Virus record (IMG/VR): IMGVR_UViG_3300042261_002391
Coordinates: 24,469 to 88,468 of that record
Source of the DNA: a virus
DNA length: 64,000 nucleotides
Reading direction: 5' to 3' (one strand)
The position numbers and the translations under genes are program-made. Under the pieces are notes generated by a model. That model had not been told where the DNA came from. It worked only from the letters and a program-made list of their open reading frames with translations, and ran no database searches. Positions 9,734 to 20,008 of the stretch are shown in pieces (position 1 is the first letter of the stretch; every line of letters begins with the position of its first letter).

Positions 9734-10229
9734 AAACTAATTCCATTAAAAAGCTAGTCACCTGACTAGCTTTTTTTATTGACTATAATCTTATTAAGAA
9801 TCATTTTAAATAAGCATCAAACATGAAAATAACAGCCAAAATATTTGCATATATCAATTTCAATTTATTGCCAGTTTTTAGGCGTTTTAAAGCACTCACC
9901 TTTCAACCGGATGCCTTAATCAGATTAGAAAAGATAATAAATTGCTGGGCAGATAAACCCTACCCACAGGCGTATCCCACCCTCCCCGATACCCCCCAAG
10001 ACCCCCCCTTTTCACGTCCGGGGTGCAGCGTCCATGTCCCCTCATAGTTAAAAAAATTCTCTAAAAAAATTTTTAAAAATCCTAAATCATTTGCCTGATT
10101 TCCTGATACTTACGCCATTCTATTAATTTTCACGACTAAAAAATTTTCAAAAAAAATTTGTGTGTGGCTTGTGATAATAATCTTGAAGATATTAAACGTC
10201 ATATTAAAAATCTCACAAGTCATTAACGT

Positions 10230-10240
10230 AGTATTTATAG
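10230..10240 (+). promoter_or_regulatory. putative late promoter motif GTATTTATA (example site)
   Basis: Same sense-strand motif (or close variant) shortly upstream of starts at 10256, 16459, 20542, 25783, 28793, 29898, 35166, 39052, 48780, 50321, 52910, 57607, 60504. Confidence 0.65.
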
Positions 10241-10255
10241 ATAAACATTAGTAAA

Positions 10256-11089
10256 ATGTCAGTTATTAGCATCATAAAAGAAGAGGTATACAAATTTAAC
10301 GAAGAATATAATCCGGGGGATAAACAATTGTATGGGTATCATGTAACGTCTAAAGAGAAATTAGAATCGATTTTCGCCAATGGTTTTACTGTAGGCACAC
10401 GTCAGATGCAAGGCAGGGGTTTTTATGCTTTTTATGATTATAGTCATGCTGTACGATATTTAATGAAGGGTGAAATTCAGAATCCTGTAATGGTTAAGTT
10501 TGTTGTTACGTGTAAGAATTGTTTACTGTACTTGAATACTGAGATTGCCAAGCAGGTATTAGGGGCAGATTATCATTTAAAACTGCAATTAGAGCAGCAG
10601 TTTAAGTATAGGGGTGGATTAGAGTTTTTATTAAAGGAAGTTCAGACTGTATATGATAAGAATATGACGATGGAAGACTTAATACAGAAGTTAGATTATA
10701 TTGAAGAAAACAATAGTGAGGGCAATCAGAGTTTTTTTATTTTTAACATGATATCTACGAATACTAATGACAGGTTAGATTTAGTATGGAATGGCAATTA
10801 TGGTTTAGAATATCGAGTGAATTATGTCAGGATATTAGACCCTATTGGTTATTATGACTACACGACAACTGACAGGAAATATTATCAGAAGCCTCAAAAG
10901 TCTATTGTACCTGATACTGAAGATTATAAAGATTTACGTTTGATGTTACGTGATAGTAATCTTTTAGGGACGAAATCAGATTTATTAGAGTTGAAGTACA
11001 AGTTATATGATAGGTTAGCTCAGGTAAGAAACAACAGAGATTATGACTATTTCGATAATATAATTAATCAGATACAAAATCTTATATAA
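10256..11089 (+). CDS. putative ADP-ribosyltransferase-fold protein, possibly virion-packaged
   Basis: YGYHVT...GF...GRGFY pattern; N-terminal IIKEEV motif; late-type promoter. Confidence 0.5.
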   Translation: MSVISIIKEEVYKFNEEYNPGDKQLYGYHVTSKEKLESIFANGFTVGTRQMQGRGFYAFYDYSHAVRYLMKGEIQNPVMVKFVVTCKNCLLYLNTEIAKQVLGADYHLKLQLEQQFKYRGGLEFLLKEVQTVYDKNMTMEDLIQKLDYIEENNSEGNQSFFIFNMISTNTNDRLDLVWNGNYGLEYRVNYVRILDPIGYYDYTTTDRKYYQKPQKSIVPDTEDYKDLRLMLRDSNLLGTKSDLLELKYKLYDRLAQVRNNRDYDYFDNIINQIQNLI

Positions 11090-11151
11090 GCAAAAAAAGA
11101 GTGGTTATATAACCGCTCTTTTTTGTTTTCACTTCCCCATTTGTCATCATT

Positions 11152-12336
11152 TTAGTTCTCCACTTGTCTCATAAATTTTCTGCATCTTGGTGACATATTG
11201 TTAAAATCTCTGTCGGTGATAACACGTGGTAGTCTTATTATTTCGCCTTTTAGTTTATAGTTTGTGTTATAGAGGAATAATATTGGTAGGTAGTCATAGC
11301 CTCTGTGTAGCCATTTTTCGAGTGAATCATAGATGAATTCACGATAGATATTGTCTTTAGGTATTGTAATAATTATCATTGTATTAGTCTTATTTGTATT
11401 TAATTATTTCGTTTGCATCGTCATTAACTAGGTATTCGAGCACTTCCATTACTCTCAGGTCTTCTTTTCTCATTATGCCACAATAGTCCCATTTTTCCGG
11501 GTTGGATATATATTCCATCCATTTTTTTAGTTCTTCGGGTTTGTCTTGGCAATACTCGACTTTATTTTTAGCTTCATGAATAATTTTGGTAAGTAATGAC
11601 TTGCGTAATTCAGCTAAAAGTTTATGTGCTTTATATTCTATTTTTTCTGCCATACAATTATCGCATTATAGTGTCGTCGATTTTCAATAATTGTTTTTCC
11701 TTGTCATCAGGTCGATAAACAACGATTAATTCTTTATTGAAGTTCCTAAAGTTAATTAGTTCCAAGAATGTTTTATTTTGGAATGCTTTAGATTTAGCTT
11801 CGTTTGCTGATAATGCGAAGGTTGAGAAATATATCGATTTTTGATTAGGATTTGTATCGGATTCCGGGTAGCCATATTTAACAACCCATAGTTCGAGTTC
11901 GATTGTATCTACATCAACAAAATCCATATATGGATATTGTTTATCGGTGAATGTTTCGTTGTAGTCACAATGATTGCATTTATGTGGAAATTTTGCCGGG
12001 TATGTTGAATATACTACGCCAGTTGGTCTGAGGAATCCCACATTACATTTAGGACATTTAAAATCGACTTGTACTGTTTTAACATCTTTTCTAGTTTCCA
12101 TTTTTCTTCTCTTTTTTAAGATATGATATTACTGTCTTCAATGCCATGTGGTAGTCATATTCTTCTTTGGTTATTTCTTCTTTATCGTCGAATGAATGTT
12201 GACCTGCGCCTACTTCAAAATTGCGATAATATCTACCATTTTCTTCGGTGTACCAGTAACCAGCACCACGTAATGATGTTAAAACATCAATAGGGTCGAT
12301 TTCCACCTTTGTTCTTAAATTTCCCCAAACTTCCAT
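11152..12336 (-). CDS. four small hypothetical proteins (11152-11379, 11390-11653, 11658-12101 with CxxC zinc ribbon, 12091-12336)
   Basis: Tightly packed co-oriented ORFs. Confidence 0.65.
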
Positions 12337-12354
12337 AGTGTTTTTATTTAAAAT

Positions 12355-13659
12355 TTATAATATAAATGCATTATAACTATCATCGACCACTCCTTTGATA
12401 TCGTATATAATTGATTTATCGTCTTTTTTAAATTGATTCAAATCAATTGTAAGAAATTCGTTATGAGCGACGGCTAATGTGATGATATCATATTTTCCCA
12501 ATTCAGATATATTGTTAATTATATCAATATCGTATTCTGTTTTTGCTTGTTCTTTATTTACCCAAGGGTCATAGATATCAATGTCATATACGCCTAATTT
12601 ATTTAGTTGATTGCAGATGTCCACGACTTTGGTATTACGGATGTCGGTACAATTTTCTTTGAATGTAAAGCCGAGAATTAATATTTTTATAGTTGTAGTA
12701 TTTCCGTATTTGCGATTTACCAGCATTTTAACTGCGACATATTTTGGAAAGCCTTCGTTTACTTTACGTGCATCACTAATAAAATCGGGACGTACACCAT
12801 ATTTTTTAGCTTCTTCGATAAGGTAATATGGGTCAACGCCAATGCAATGACCACCTACGAGTCCCGGAGTGAATTTCAAGAAATTCCATTTAGTCCCGGC
12901 AGCGTTTATAACGTCGTATATATTTATACCCATTGCCCGGTAAACAATTGCAAGTTCATTCATTAACGCAATATTTACGTCACGTTGGATATTCTCTGTT
13001 ATTTTAGCTGCTTCAGCAACTTTAATGCTTGGTGCGAGATATGTACCGATTGTAATTACTTTTCGATATACGTCATCGATTAATTTAGCTGCTTCGGGGT
13101 TTGAGCCTGATGTTATCTTAATAACCTTATCAATTGTGTGAATACTATCGCCCGGGTTAACACGTTCAGGTGAATATCCCACATAGAAATCAGTATTACA
13201 GATTAACTTTGAATCTAATTGTAGTAAAGGTATGCATATGTTTTCAGTTGCTCCCGGGAAGACTGTTGATTCATATACAACAATATCGTCTTTTTTCAAC
13301 ACGGCACTAACGCTACGTGTTGCGAATTTAAGTGTCGTTATGTCAGGGTTATTATCTTGGTCGATTGGTGTAGGGACAGTAACAATATAGAAGTTACAGT
13401 TTTTAACGTCCTCAAGTTTATCGCTAACATATAATCCAATTTGATTTGTTTCTGCCGGGTTATCATTAATCAACACAGAAATCAATAATTCCTTATCAAC
13501 CTCAAGTGTAGTATCATTACCAGCACGCAATTCATTAACTCTACGTGAGTTTATATCAATACCTACGACTGGAAATTTTGTGGCGAATAATCTGGCTAAA
13601 GGTAGTCCAACATATCCTAAGCCAATTACGGCAATTTTAATATTATCAATATTATTCAT
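12355..13659 (-). CDS. nucleotide-sugar dehydrogenase (UDP-GlcNAc/GalNAc 6-dehydrogenase, TviB/WbpO-like)
   Basis: GLGYVG Rossmann motif, YESTVFPG, SPERVNPGD, PGLVGGHCIGVDPYYL, LGFTFKENC. Confidence 0.95.
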   Translation of the reverse strand: MNNIDNIKIAVIGLGYVGLPLARLFATKFPVVGIDINSRRVNELRAGNDTTLEVDKELLISVLINDNPAETNQIGLYVSDKLEDVKNCNFYIVTVPTPIDQDNNPDITTLKFATRSVSAVLKKDDIVVYESTVFPGATENICIPLLQLDSKLICNTDFYVGYSPERVNPGDSIHTIDKVIKITSGSNPEAAKLIDDVYRKVITIGTYLAPSIKVAEAAKITENIQRDVNIALMNELAIVYRAMGINIYDVINAAGTKWNFLKFTPGLVGGHCIGVDPYYLIEEAKKYGVRPDFISDARKVNEGFPKYVAVKMLVNRKYGNTTTIKILILGFTFKENCTDIRNTKVVDICNQLNKLGVYDIDIYDPWVNKEQAKTEYDIDIINNISELGKYDIITLAVAHNEFLTIDLNQFKKDDKSIIYDIKGVVDDSYNAFIL

Positions 13660-13717
13660 TATAAACTATATTGACGCAAAACTACTTATATTTATTTGAA
13701 AATACAAGGGTTTATAT

Positions 13718-14620
13718 CTATTTTTTCAATTCTTTTTCAAGAATTGTTGCCATGTTTTCGAGTTTACGCACAATTGAATTTTCATATAGTTTTTCCACGA
13801 TTGAGTTTCCCCTCATATATTCAATAGTTGATTCGCCATACATTTCGATTACTTTTGAATCTTCACACATATGATTAATTCTCGCATTGTCGAACATTTT
13901 TTCAACAATAGACCAGTCACGCATTTCTTCAATAACAGAGTGTCCGTGCATTTCCATAACTTTAGACATATGTGCAAGCCTATCTGCTTTGGAGGCTTCA
14001 TGCATTTCTTCAATATAAGCATCGCCTTTAACCATTACAATGCGTGAATGGTCAAACATTTTACAAACCTTAGCATCTTCAGTCATTTTCATGATTTTAC
14101 TATATTGGTACAACTCTTTAACCTTAGCACACCCCATTAATTCAATTATTTTTGTACCGTCGTGCATTTCTTCAATATAACAATCATCGGTGACAAGTCG
14201 TATTTCTGTACTATCTTCAACAATTTTTATTCTAGCATTATCATACATAGCAAAGATTACTGAATACTTAACTTCACCTATACTAGCGTTTTTAGTTAAG
14301 ATTGCACCTTCATTTAACAATAGATTTCTACGACCTTTAATAATCATAGAGAATATGATTTGATTTAGTTTAGCAATTATAGCATCTTGAAAAGCACCAT
14401 TGAACCATTCCGGGATGAATGTTTCTTCCACAACTAAACGATATTCATCTAGCTCATCTAAACGTGACCCTTCTTTAGGCGAATATGTTGCCCGGAAGAA
14501 TGTTTTATTTTCAATATCATCAGGAGTGATATACTTTTCAATCAAATCGTTATGTGATTTTGCAAATATATTATGAATCACATCTCCATTCTTTTTAATT
14601 AAAACCAAGTAAAATTCCAT
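13718..14620 (-). CDS. protein with C-terminal 9-aa tandem repeats (likely beta-solenoid)
   Basis: Periodic IEEMHDGTK/VKELYQYSK/IEEMHEASK pattern. Confidence 0.7.
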   Translation of the reverse strand: MEFYLVLIKKNGDVIHNIFAKSHNDLIEKYITPDDIENKTFFRATYSPKEGSRLDELDEYRLVVEETFIPEWFNGAFQDAIIAKLNQIIFSMIIKGRRNLLLNEGAILTKNASIGEVKYSVIFAMYDNARIKIVEDSTEIRLVTDDCYIEEMHDGTKIIELMGCAKVKELYQYSKIMKMTEDAKVCKMFDHSRIVMVKGDAYIEEMHEASKADRLAHMSKVMEMHGHSVIEEMRDWSIVEKMFDNARINHMCEDSKVIEMYGESTIEYMRGNSIVEKLYENSIVRKLENMATILEKELKK

Positions 14621-14668
14621 AGTCGTTTTTTCATAAATATGAAAAAAATAAAAAAAATATTGAAAAAA

Positions 14669-14696
14669 TGTAACCTTTTTAAATATCTAACGTATA
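14669..14696 (+). promoter_or_regulatory. ECF-type promoter driving the tRNA-like RNA cluster
   Basis: TGTAACC-N15-CGTATA. Confidence 0.75.
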
Positions 14697-14762
14697 TTTG
14701 TGTATCCTAGTTGGAAGACGAGGATTGCATTGGAGATAATTACGTAATAATACCAATGTATC

Positions 14763-14836
14763 TGTGACGTAGCGCAGTTGGTTAGCGTGCCTCCGGGATA
14801 GGGAGAAAGTCGTAGGTTCAAGTCCTGCCGTCACTA
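14763..14836 (+). pseudogene. tRNA-like element, aberrant anticodon loop GGGATAG
   Basis: Good acceptor, D and T arms; no U33. Confidence 0.7.
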
Positions 14837-14841
14837 CAAAG

Positions 14842-14916
14842 CAGCAATATAGCATAATTGGTAAATGTGCCTGCCAGTGTTGTAGGAGATTAAGATTCGA
14901 GTTCTTTTTATTGTTG
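14842..14916 (+). pseudogene. tRNA-like element, aberrant loop CAGTGTT
   Basis: Cloverleaf with CCTGC/GTAGG stem and TTCGAGT T-loop; A33, U37. Confidence 0.6.
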
Positions 14917-14989
14917 GGTTGAAAGCATATTAAGTACTGTATGCGGTTCAACAAAACATCGAAAATAAGTGTACATATGTTTCGATGTT

Positions 14990-15063
14990 GAGCGTGCCTT
15001 CTATGTGGTGTGGATACTCCCTGATTTGTGGAGAAATTGTTGGTTCAAGTCCAATCACGCTCG
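14990..15063 (+). pseudogene. tRNA-like element with 9-nt anticodon-position loop
   Basis: Perfect GAGCGTG/CACGCTC acceptor, GTTGG-TTCAAGT-CCAAT T arm, weak D arm. Confidence 0.6.
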
Positions 15064-15199
15064 CTTTTTGGGGTCTGCTAAAAACAGACACGTGGTTGAT
15101 ATTAGAATGCTTAACGAACCCGAAATTGCCAGAGTCTGGTTTACTATAGAATGCTTAACAGACCGAAATGCTCTGGCAATTTCCCAAATTTTTAAAACT

Positions 15200-15592
15200 A
15201 TGAATAAAATTTATCCAGTAATTCAAGTACCAGCGAATGGCAAACCGGATTGGTACACAGGAGCGAGGACTCTTTGTTTTGTATATTCTAAGCATCATGG
15301 AAACTTCATTCTTGAAGGTTATCGTGGTGAAGTAATGGAATTTCTTAAAAAGAACTGCACACATTATTTTTATTACGTGTCGATGTGGCATAATGGAAAA
15401 GCCAGAGGACATTGGGGTTTTTGGAGAAATTATATCACCATAGCTGAACCCGATAAGCGAGTACCAAAGTATAGGAAGCCGGAACACAAATATCGAATAT
15501 TTACTCGACCAGATGGTTACAGCAATTCAATTGAGGTAATGAAATTAAAAAGATTACCAAAACGTTGGATACCTGATTTTGATGACTTATAA
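15200..15592 (+). CDS. hypothetical protein (start moved to MNKIYP)
   Basis: Upstream part of the ORF-track call overlaps structured RNA; ATG 15200 has typical A-rich context. Confidence 0.7.
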   Translation: MNKIYPVIQVPANGKPDWYTGARTLCFVYSKHHGNFILEGYRGEVMEFLKKNCTHYFYYVSMWHNGKARGHWGFWRNYITIAEPDKRVPKYRKPEHKYRIFTRPDGYSNSIEVMKLKRLPKRWIPDFDDL

Positions 15593-16012
15593 TTTTTTAT
15601 ATCTACTACCGTAACAATATGGACAGATTTTTTTACCCGCAGTGGATGTATTATCATCAATAATACCATTACCACAGCAATATGGGCATATTTGAAAAAC
15701 AGGAATTTGATTTTTTAGAACATCAATTCTATTTAGCACTGCCTCATCGATTTTCCAATAGTCGAATTCATTTTCTTTGGGTTCATAATAATGCTGCATG
15801 TAAGTAGTTATATCTTCATATAGCTCATACATTCCATTAAAATTGGTAATAAGTTCCCATGTAGTTGCGGGGGTATTGGTATTCCATCGAACTTGGTATG
15901 CTTTTTCGGTTACCAATAAAATGGTGATACACAATAATGAACTGCTTGATGAAGTCATTCGTATTAAATAAGAATGATTTGCTTCTAAATTTTTATTAAT
16001 CGACATATCCAA
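15587..16012 (-). CDS. hypothetical protein with C-terminal DnaJ-type CxxCxGxG zinc finger
   Basis: CPYCCGNG...CPYCYGS. Confidence 0.7.
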   Translation of the reverse strand: MDMSINKNLEANHSYLIRMTSSSSSLLCITILLVTEKAYQVRWNTNTPATTWELITNFNGMYELYEDITTYMQHYYEPKENEFDYWKIDEAVLNRIDVLKNQIPVFQICPYCCGNGIIDDNTSTAGKKICPYCYGSRYKKL

Positions 16013-16165
16013 TAATTTTTAATGATTTTGGGTCACAAAGTAATTTTACTTCTCTTCCTTCCTTTTCGATATAAACAATTTGTTTTTTACCAACTAAATT
16101 ATCCCGGTGAAGTGTTCTACCCTTCAAGCCGGTTTTAGTTTCAACTAAATATCCTGAATTTCTAC

Positions 16166-16363
16166 TCATGGCATTGATTGTTTTTTACCTACGACCATAA
16201 TTACACGAATTTTTGGTGTAGAATCATTTAATAATGGATATTCATTAGCTTCATGATAATGGATTATTTCGAAACCATCGGCAACTAAATCATAAAAAAT
16301 TATTTGAAGTTCAGCAAGAGTTACTGATTCTTCAATTCGTTTGTATTTTATATATCGCTCCAT
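16166..16363 (-). CDS. hypothetical protein
   Basis: 65-aa ORF. Confidence 0.55.
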   Translation of the reverse strand: MERYIKYKRIEESVTLAELQIIFYDLVADGFEIIHYHEANEYPLLNDSTPKIRVIMVVGKKQSMP

Positions 16364-16458
16364 ATCACATTAAACCGCAAATTTATTAAATTTAAATGTA
16401 AATTGCAAGTTTTTTTGTATTTATAAGAAAATAATTTAAGTATTAATTTTTAACTATT

Positions 16459-16620
16459 ATGAGCAAGGAAAGAGATATTGAGATATTAGAGTATAAAATC
16501 ACTGAAATCGTTGAAAAAATAGCTGCATTTAAAAAACACGGTATTTCGGAGAAAAAAATGGAAAATCTAATAAGAATGAAAATAAAATACGAAGACCAAT
16601 TAATCGAATTAAAGCAATAA
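16459..16620 (+). CDS. small coiled-coil protein, 53 aa (below ORF-track cutoff)
   Basis: MSKERDIEILEYKITE... preceded by GTATTTATA. Confidence 0.55.
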   Translation: MSKERDIEILEYKITEIVEKIAAFKKHGISEKKMENLIRMKIKYEDQLIELKQ

Positions 16621-16633
16621 AAAAAGGGTAGCC

Positions 16634-17029
16634 TCAGACTACCCTTTTTTTATTTTGTATAAAATTTCTCACAAAACTAACATCCCTGTCGTATTCACTT
16701 GAGTATAAAACAATATCCTCAATATATTTTTGATGTCCATCATTATAATATTCAATGAATTCAATACAGATTGCAATTATATCGGCTTCAGTTGTTTTAT
16801 TCTTTTTGTATAGATTTAGAACCACCACAGCACACCATGCCTTAACATCTTTATGTAGTTCAGTATGATAGAGTTTAAAGTATTTTTGAAGATAATCTAT
16901 CACATATATTTTTTCAATAATGTGATTTTTATCACTTAAACCATCAGCAATTTCACCATATGTTTTAATTAAAACATCTGTATCAATAACTGGAAGATTA
17001 TTAACAATATCTGTTATAGTACTACTCAT
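16634..17029 (-). CDS. hypothetical protein
   Basis: 131-aa ORF. Confidence 0.6.
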   Translation of the reverse strand: MSSTITDIVNNLPVIDTDVLIKTYGEIADGLSDKNHIIEKIYVIDYLQKYFKLYHTELHKDVKAWCAVVVLNLYKKNKTTEADIIAICIEFIEYYNDGHQKYIEDIVLYSSEYDRDVSFVRNFIQNKKRVV

Positions 17030-17210
17030 TTTTTACATAAAAAGGAATGTGTATTTATTTAAATAAAACGTGTTGTAAAATAAGTCTTGATTCTTAAATC
17101 ATTAATCTTTAATCCCTGAATACACGAAAATTGAACATTCAAATCGTTATCGTTTCATGTCGGAAATCAACACAGTGTCTTATATCAACAAATAACACAT
17201 TCCAATACAA

Positions 17211-17663
17211 TTATTCATCCATTCCCCAAGGAATGTCGGTTGTGTAGTTAAAAGTATCTAATTCTTCTTGCAATGCATCGACTTTTTTCTGAAATTGATT
17301 GACAATTGTGTTGCGGGTATTTTCGTCATATTGAACTTCATATTCCCGGAGCATTTCTGCGTAACCTGAAGTTTGTGCGCCTTCAACAACGCTTACTTCA
17401 TTCCAAAAAACAATCAATGCTTTATATTCAGCAAGCAAATATATCTTAGACTGAATCTCACGATTGGCTTCGTTGATGACATATTTTAATGCAGTAAGAG
17501 TTTCAATCTTACGTAATAATTCAGTATATGCTTCATCAACGCTAAATTTTTTACCGTTCTGTGAACCAACAAGATACGAGTTCTTATCTTTAATTTGTTG
17601 CTTTAGTTTGACAATTTCGCCAACTAAACTCTTTTTTAATTTTAATGCCTTATATAGTTTCAT
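17211..17663 (-). CDS. coiled-coil protein resembling DIP1984/DUF6847 family
   Basis: MKLYKALKLKKSL...LKYVINEAN...LQEELDTFNYTT pattern. Confidence 0.6.
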   Translation of the reverse strand: MKLYKALKLKKSLVGEIVKLKQQIKDKNSYLVGSQNGKKFSVDEAYTELLRKIETLTALKYVINEANREIQSKIYLLAEYKALIVFWNEVSVVEGAQTSGYAEMLREYEVQYDENTRNTIVNQFQKKVDALQEELDTFNYTTDIPWGMDE

Positions 17664-17715
17664 AACTAAAATTTTGTACAAAGAAAGTTAATTATATTTG
17701 AAAATACAAGTGTTT

Positions 17716-18603
17716 TTAAATTTTTGTTTTAATCCTGAAATCAACTGACCATCCGATTGGCATGTGTTGTGGATTCATTGTATCGATAAAGTGGTTTCGC
17801 CAGAGCTTAACAAAATTTTCGATTTTATCTTCAGAATCAAGTTTTTGAATCACGTGATAGCCGTGGTCATAATACATTCTATTTTCAGCTTTAAACTTAT
17901 CAACATTATTAAAATGTTCATCTGACAAATATTTGTAAATCTTGTATAACTGCAGATAATTATAGCTACATAATGTTTCAAACGGAATACCACTTAACTC
18001 AGAAATAAGCTTTAATTTTTCCAATTTCAGTTCATAACTAATCCAATGATATGATTTAAATAATGAACCAATATTACTAATTAAAATCACATCATCACGA
18101 CTAAATTCACGAAGTTTGGTGGTATATTCTGCATTGAGTTCAGCAATTGTTTTAACGCCATAAATTCGGGCAATTTCATCCTTAAATTGGGTTGCTTTCA
18201 CTTCATAATCAGCATGTGGCTTATAATTGATTAAAACAACATCATGATGATTTTTAGACTTATATTCTTCCGGGAAGAAAGACCTATAGCAATATGGAAC
18301 AATGTGGTGGCGTTGCAGTCCATCTACAACGCCACTAACAACACATCTGTTTTCACGAGCATTTCTACCAAATTCCTCATTGTCTTCAAAACCATTACCA
18401 CGTGGGTCGAAGGTGAATTTAATTTTCTTGTTGCCAATGACTTTAGCAAGGTCTTTTTCCAAGTACCACATTGCTTTTTTCTCACCACAAGTAAACATAT
18501 GTCTACCATTCGGGTGATGTACCATCCAATTTTCCTTGTTGAGACTATTACTGCCTTCAATCAATACATTATTATTATTTTTCTTAAACTGATTACCGTT
18601 CAT
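17716..18603 (-). CDS. stand-alone homologue of the EXD2 C-terminal HNH-like domain
   Basis: CGEKKAMWYL, ENRCVVSG, HHIVPYCYRSFFPEEYKSKNHHDVVL, WRNHF..M.P..MP.GWSV. Confidence 0.75.
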   Translation of the reverse strand: MNGNQFKKNNNNVLIEGSNSLNKENWMVHHPNGRHMFTCGEKKAMWYLEKDLAKVIGNKKIKFTFDPRGNGFEDNEEFGRNARENRCVVSGVVDGLQRHHIVPYCYRSFFPEEYKSKNHHDVVLINYKPHADYEVKATQFKDEIARIYGVKTIAELNAEYTTKLREFSRDDVILISNIGSLFKSYHWISYELKLEKLKLISELSGIPFETLCSYNYLQLYKIYKYLSDEHFNNVDKFKAENRMYYDHGYHVIQKLDSEDKIENFVKLWRNHFIDTMNPQHMPIGWSVDFRIKTKI

Positions 18604-19594
18604 AATAAATCAACATAAATCGATTTTTAATTGCTTCATAGGATGAATTTAAAATAAAATCATTATAGTCATCATCTAAAGCGTTTTTAAATTTTGAAAT
18701 AGCTGCACCTAATTCACCGCCCCGTAAATCAGGTAGCCAAGACATAACAATATCACCATTAAATTTTTGTGAAATCATTTTGTTCCGGGCATCGATTTTG
18801 TTTAATCTATCGAGTTCGCCAGTCAAATTAGCTTCAGGAAAATATTGACTAATTATATCAACATAATCACTTTTGTTACGATTAAACGGATATGAAACAT
18901 TAATTTCATTATCCTTTAAGTAGTTAAGGAATAGATGATATGAACCACGTTTACGATTTCTTTTTTTATCGATGCTGTTTAGGTTTTCCATTTGAAACAT
19001 AACAGTATCAAAATACTTTCCAGCAATGCAAAATTTAAAAATATCTTCAAGCGTATCGAAACCTTGAAGGTATCTATCGTAATCGTATCCACCAAATTCA
19101 AAAATTTTTCGTGCATCATTACTCAACAAAATATCGTGTGAGTTTGAACCTTTAAAATTCCTGAATTTGTAAAAAAGTCCCTGCCATCCATATGACAAAC
19201 CAAACTTATGGTATGTTTTACCCATGATATTACCAAGCGGGTCGTAAGAAAAATAAATCTTTGCTGTTTCCCACTTAGTGTTGATAATTGGGATGATGTC
19301 AACCTGAAAATTCTTATAATCGAATGAATACACACCACCGTTGCAATAAATAGCATTAGGTTTGAAAGTAAATTCAATATAATTTTTCCAATTGATATTT
19401 GAATTATGGTCAACCATAACTAACAAATCCAAATCTCCATGAGTTTCTTTAGTATGGTAACAAGTGACTACTTCACAAATAGTATTGAAGTCAGATGATA
19501 CTATCTGAGCTAATTCATAACCGATTTGTTTGAATTCATCGGTGTTTTTTCTCTCAGTAAAAACACCATATTTTTGTAATGCTCTTCCTCCCAT
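18593..19594 (-). CDS. Pol-beta-superfamily nucleotidyltransferase
   Basis: HGDLDLLV and FQVDII acidic motifs. Confidence 0.7.
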   Translation of the reverse strand: MGGRALQKYGVFTERKNTDEFKQIGYELAQIVSSDFNTICEVVTCYHTKETHGDLDLLVMVDHNSNINWKNYIEFTFKPNAIYCNGGVYSFDYKNFQVDIIPIINTKWETAKIYFSYDPLGNIMGKTYHKFGLSYGWQGLFYKFRNFKGSNSHDILLSNDARKIFEFGGYDYDRYLQGFDTLEDIFKFCIAGKYFDTVMFQMENLNSIDKKRNRKRGSYHLFLNYLKDNEINVSYPFNRNKSDYVDIISQYFPEANLTGELDRLNKIDARNKMISQKFNGDIVMSWLPDLRGGELGAAISKFKNALDDDYNDFILNSSYEAIKNRFMLIYYER

Positions 19595-19661
19595 TTCAAT
19601 TTATTTTTCGTTAATATTTTGCAATTATACGAAAAATAAATTGAATATGTTACAGGTTTTA

Positions 19662-19994
19662 TTAAAATATTTTAAAAGAAATCGTATTGTCTAGGATATC
19701 AGGCTCAGACATTGACCAATTTTCAGTTTCTTCTATTTCATCTAAAAATATTTCAAGTAGTTCATGGTCTTCATCATAAGCTTCTTGTAATAATTCTTCA
19801 GTACTTATAGATTCAAAATCGAAAATTTCTTCTTCTTCTCCATCTTCATTAATATATGGTATTGAAGTTTCTTCAGGACAATTATCTAAATCATACGACC
19901 AAACTATACAATTTCCATCCAATGAATAATTACCATTAATCTCATCATCGATGAATTTACTTTCAATTCTTTCGAATAGTTGTTTTATGTTCAT
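19662..19994 (-). CDS. highly acidic small protein
   Basis: 110 aa, strongly D/E-rich. Confidence 0.7.
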   Translation of the reverse strand: MNIKQLFERIESKFIDDEINGNYSLDGNCIVWSYDLDNCPEETSIPYINEDGEEEEIFDFESISTEELLQEAYDEDHELLEIFLDEIEETENWSMSEPDILDNTISFKIF

Positions 19995-20008
19995 ATTTAA
20001 CTATTATA

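Noticed and set aside
6481-10047. ORFs 6481-6666 and 9823-10047
   Set aside because: They run through repeat or C-rich non-coding elements and have atypical composition.
14697-15183. tmRNA
   Set aside because: No G3:U70 Ala-type acceptor joining the ends and no recognisable tag reading frame.
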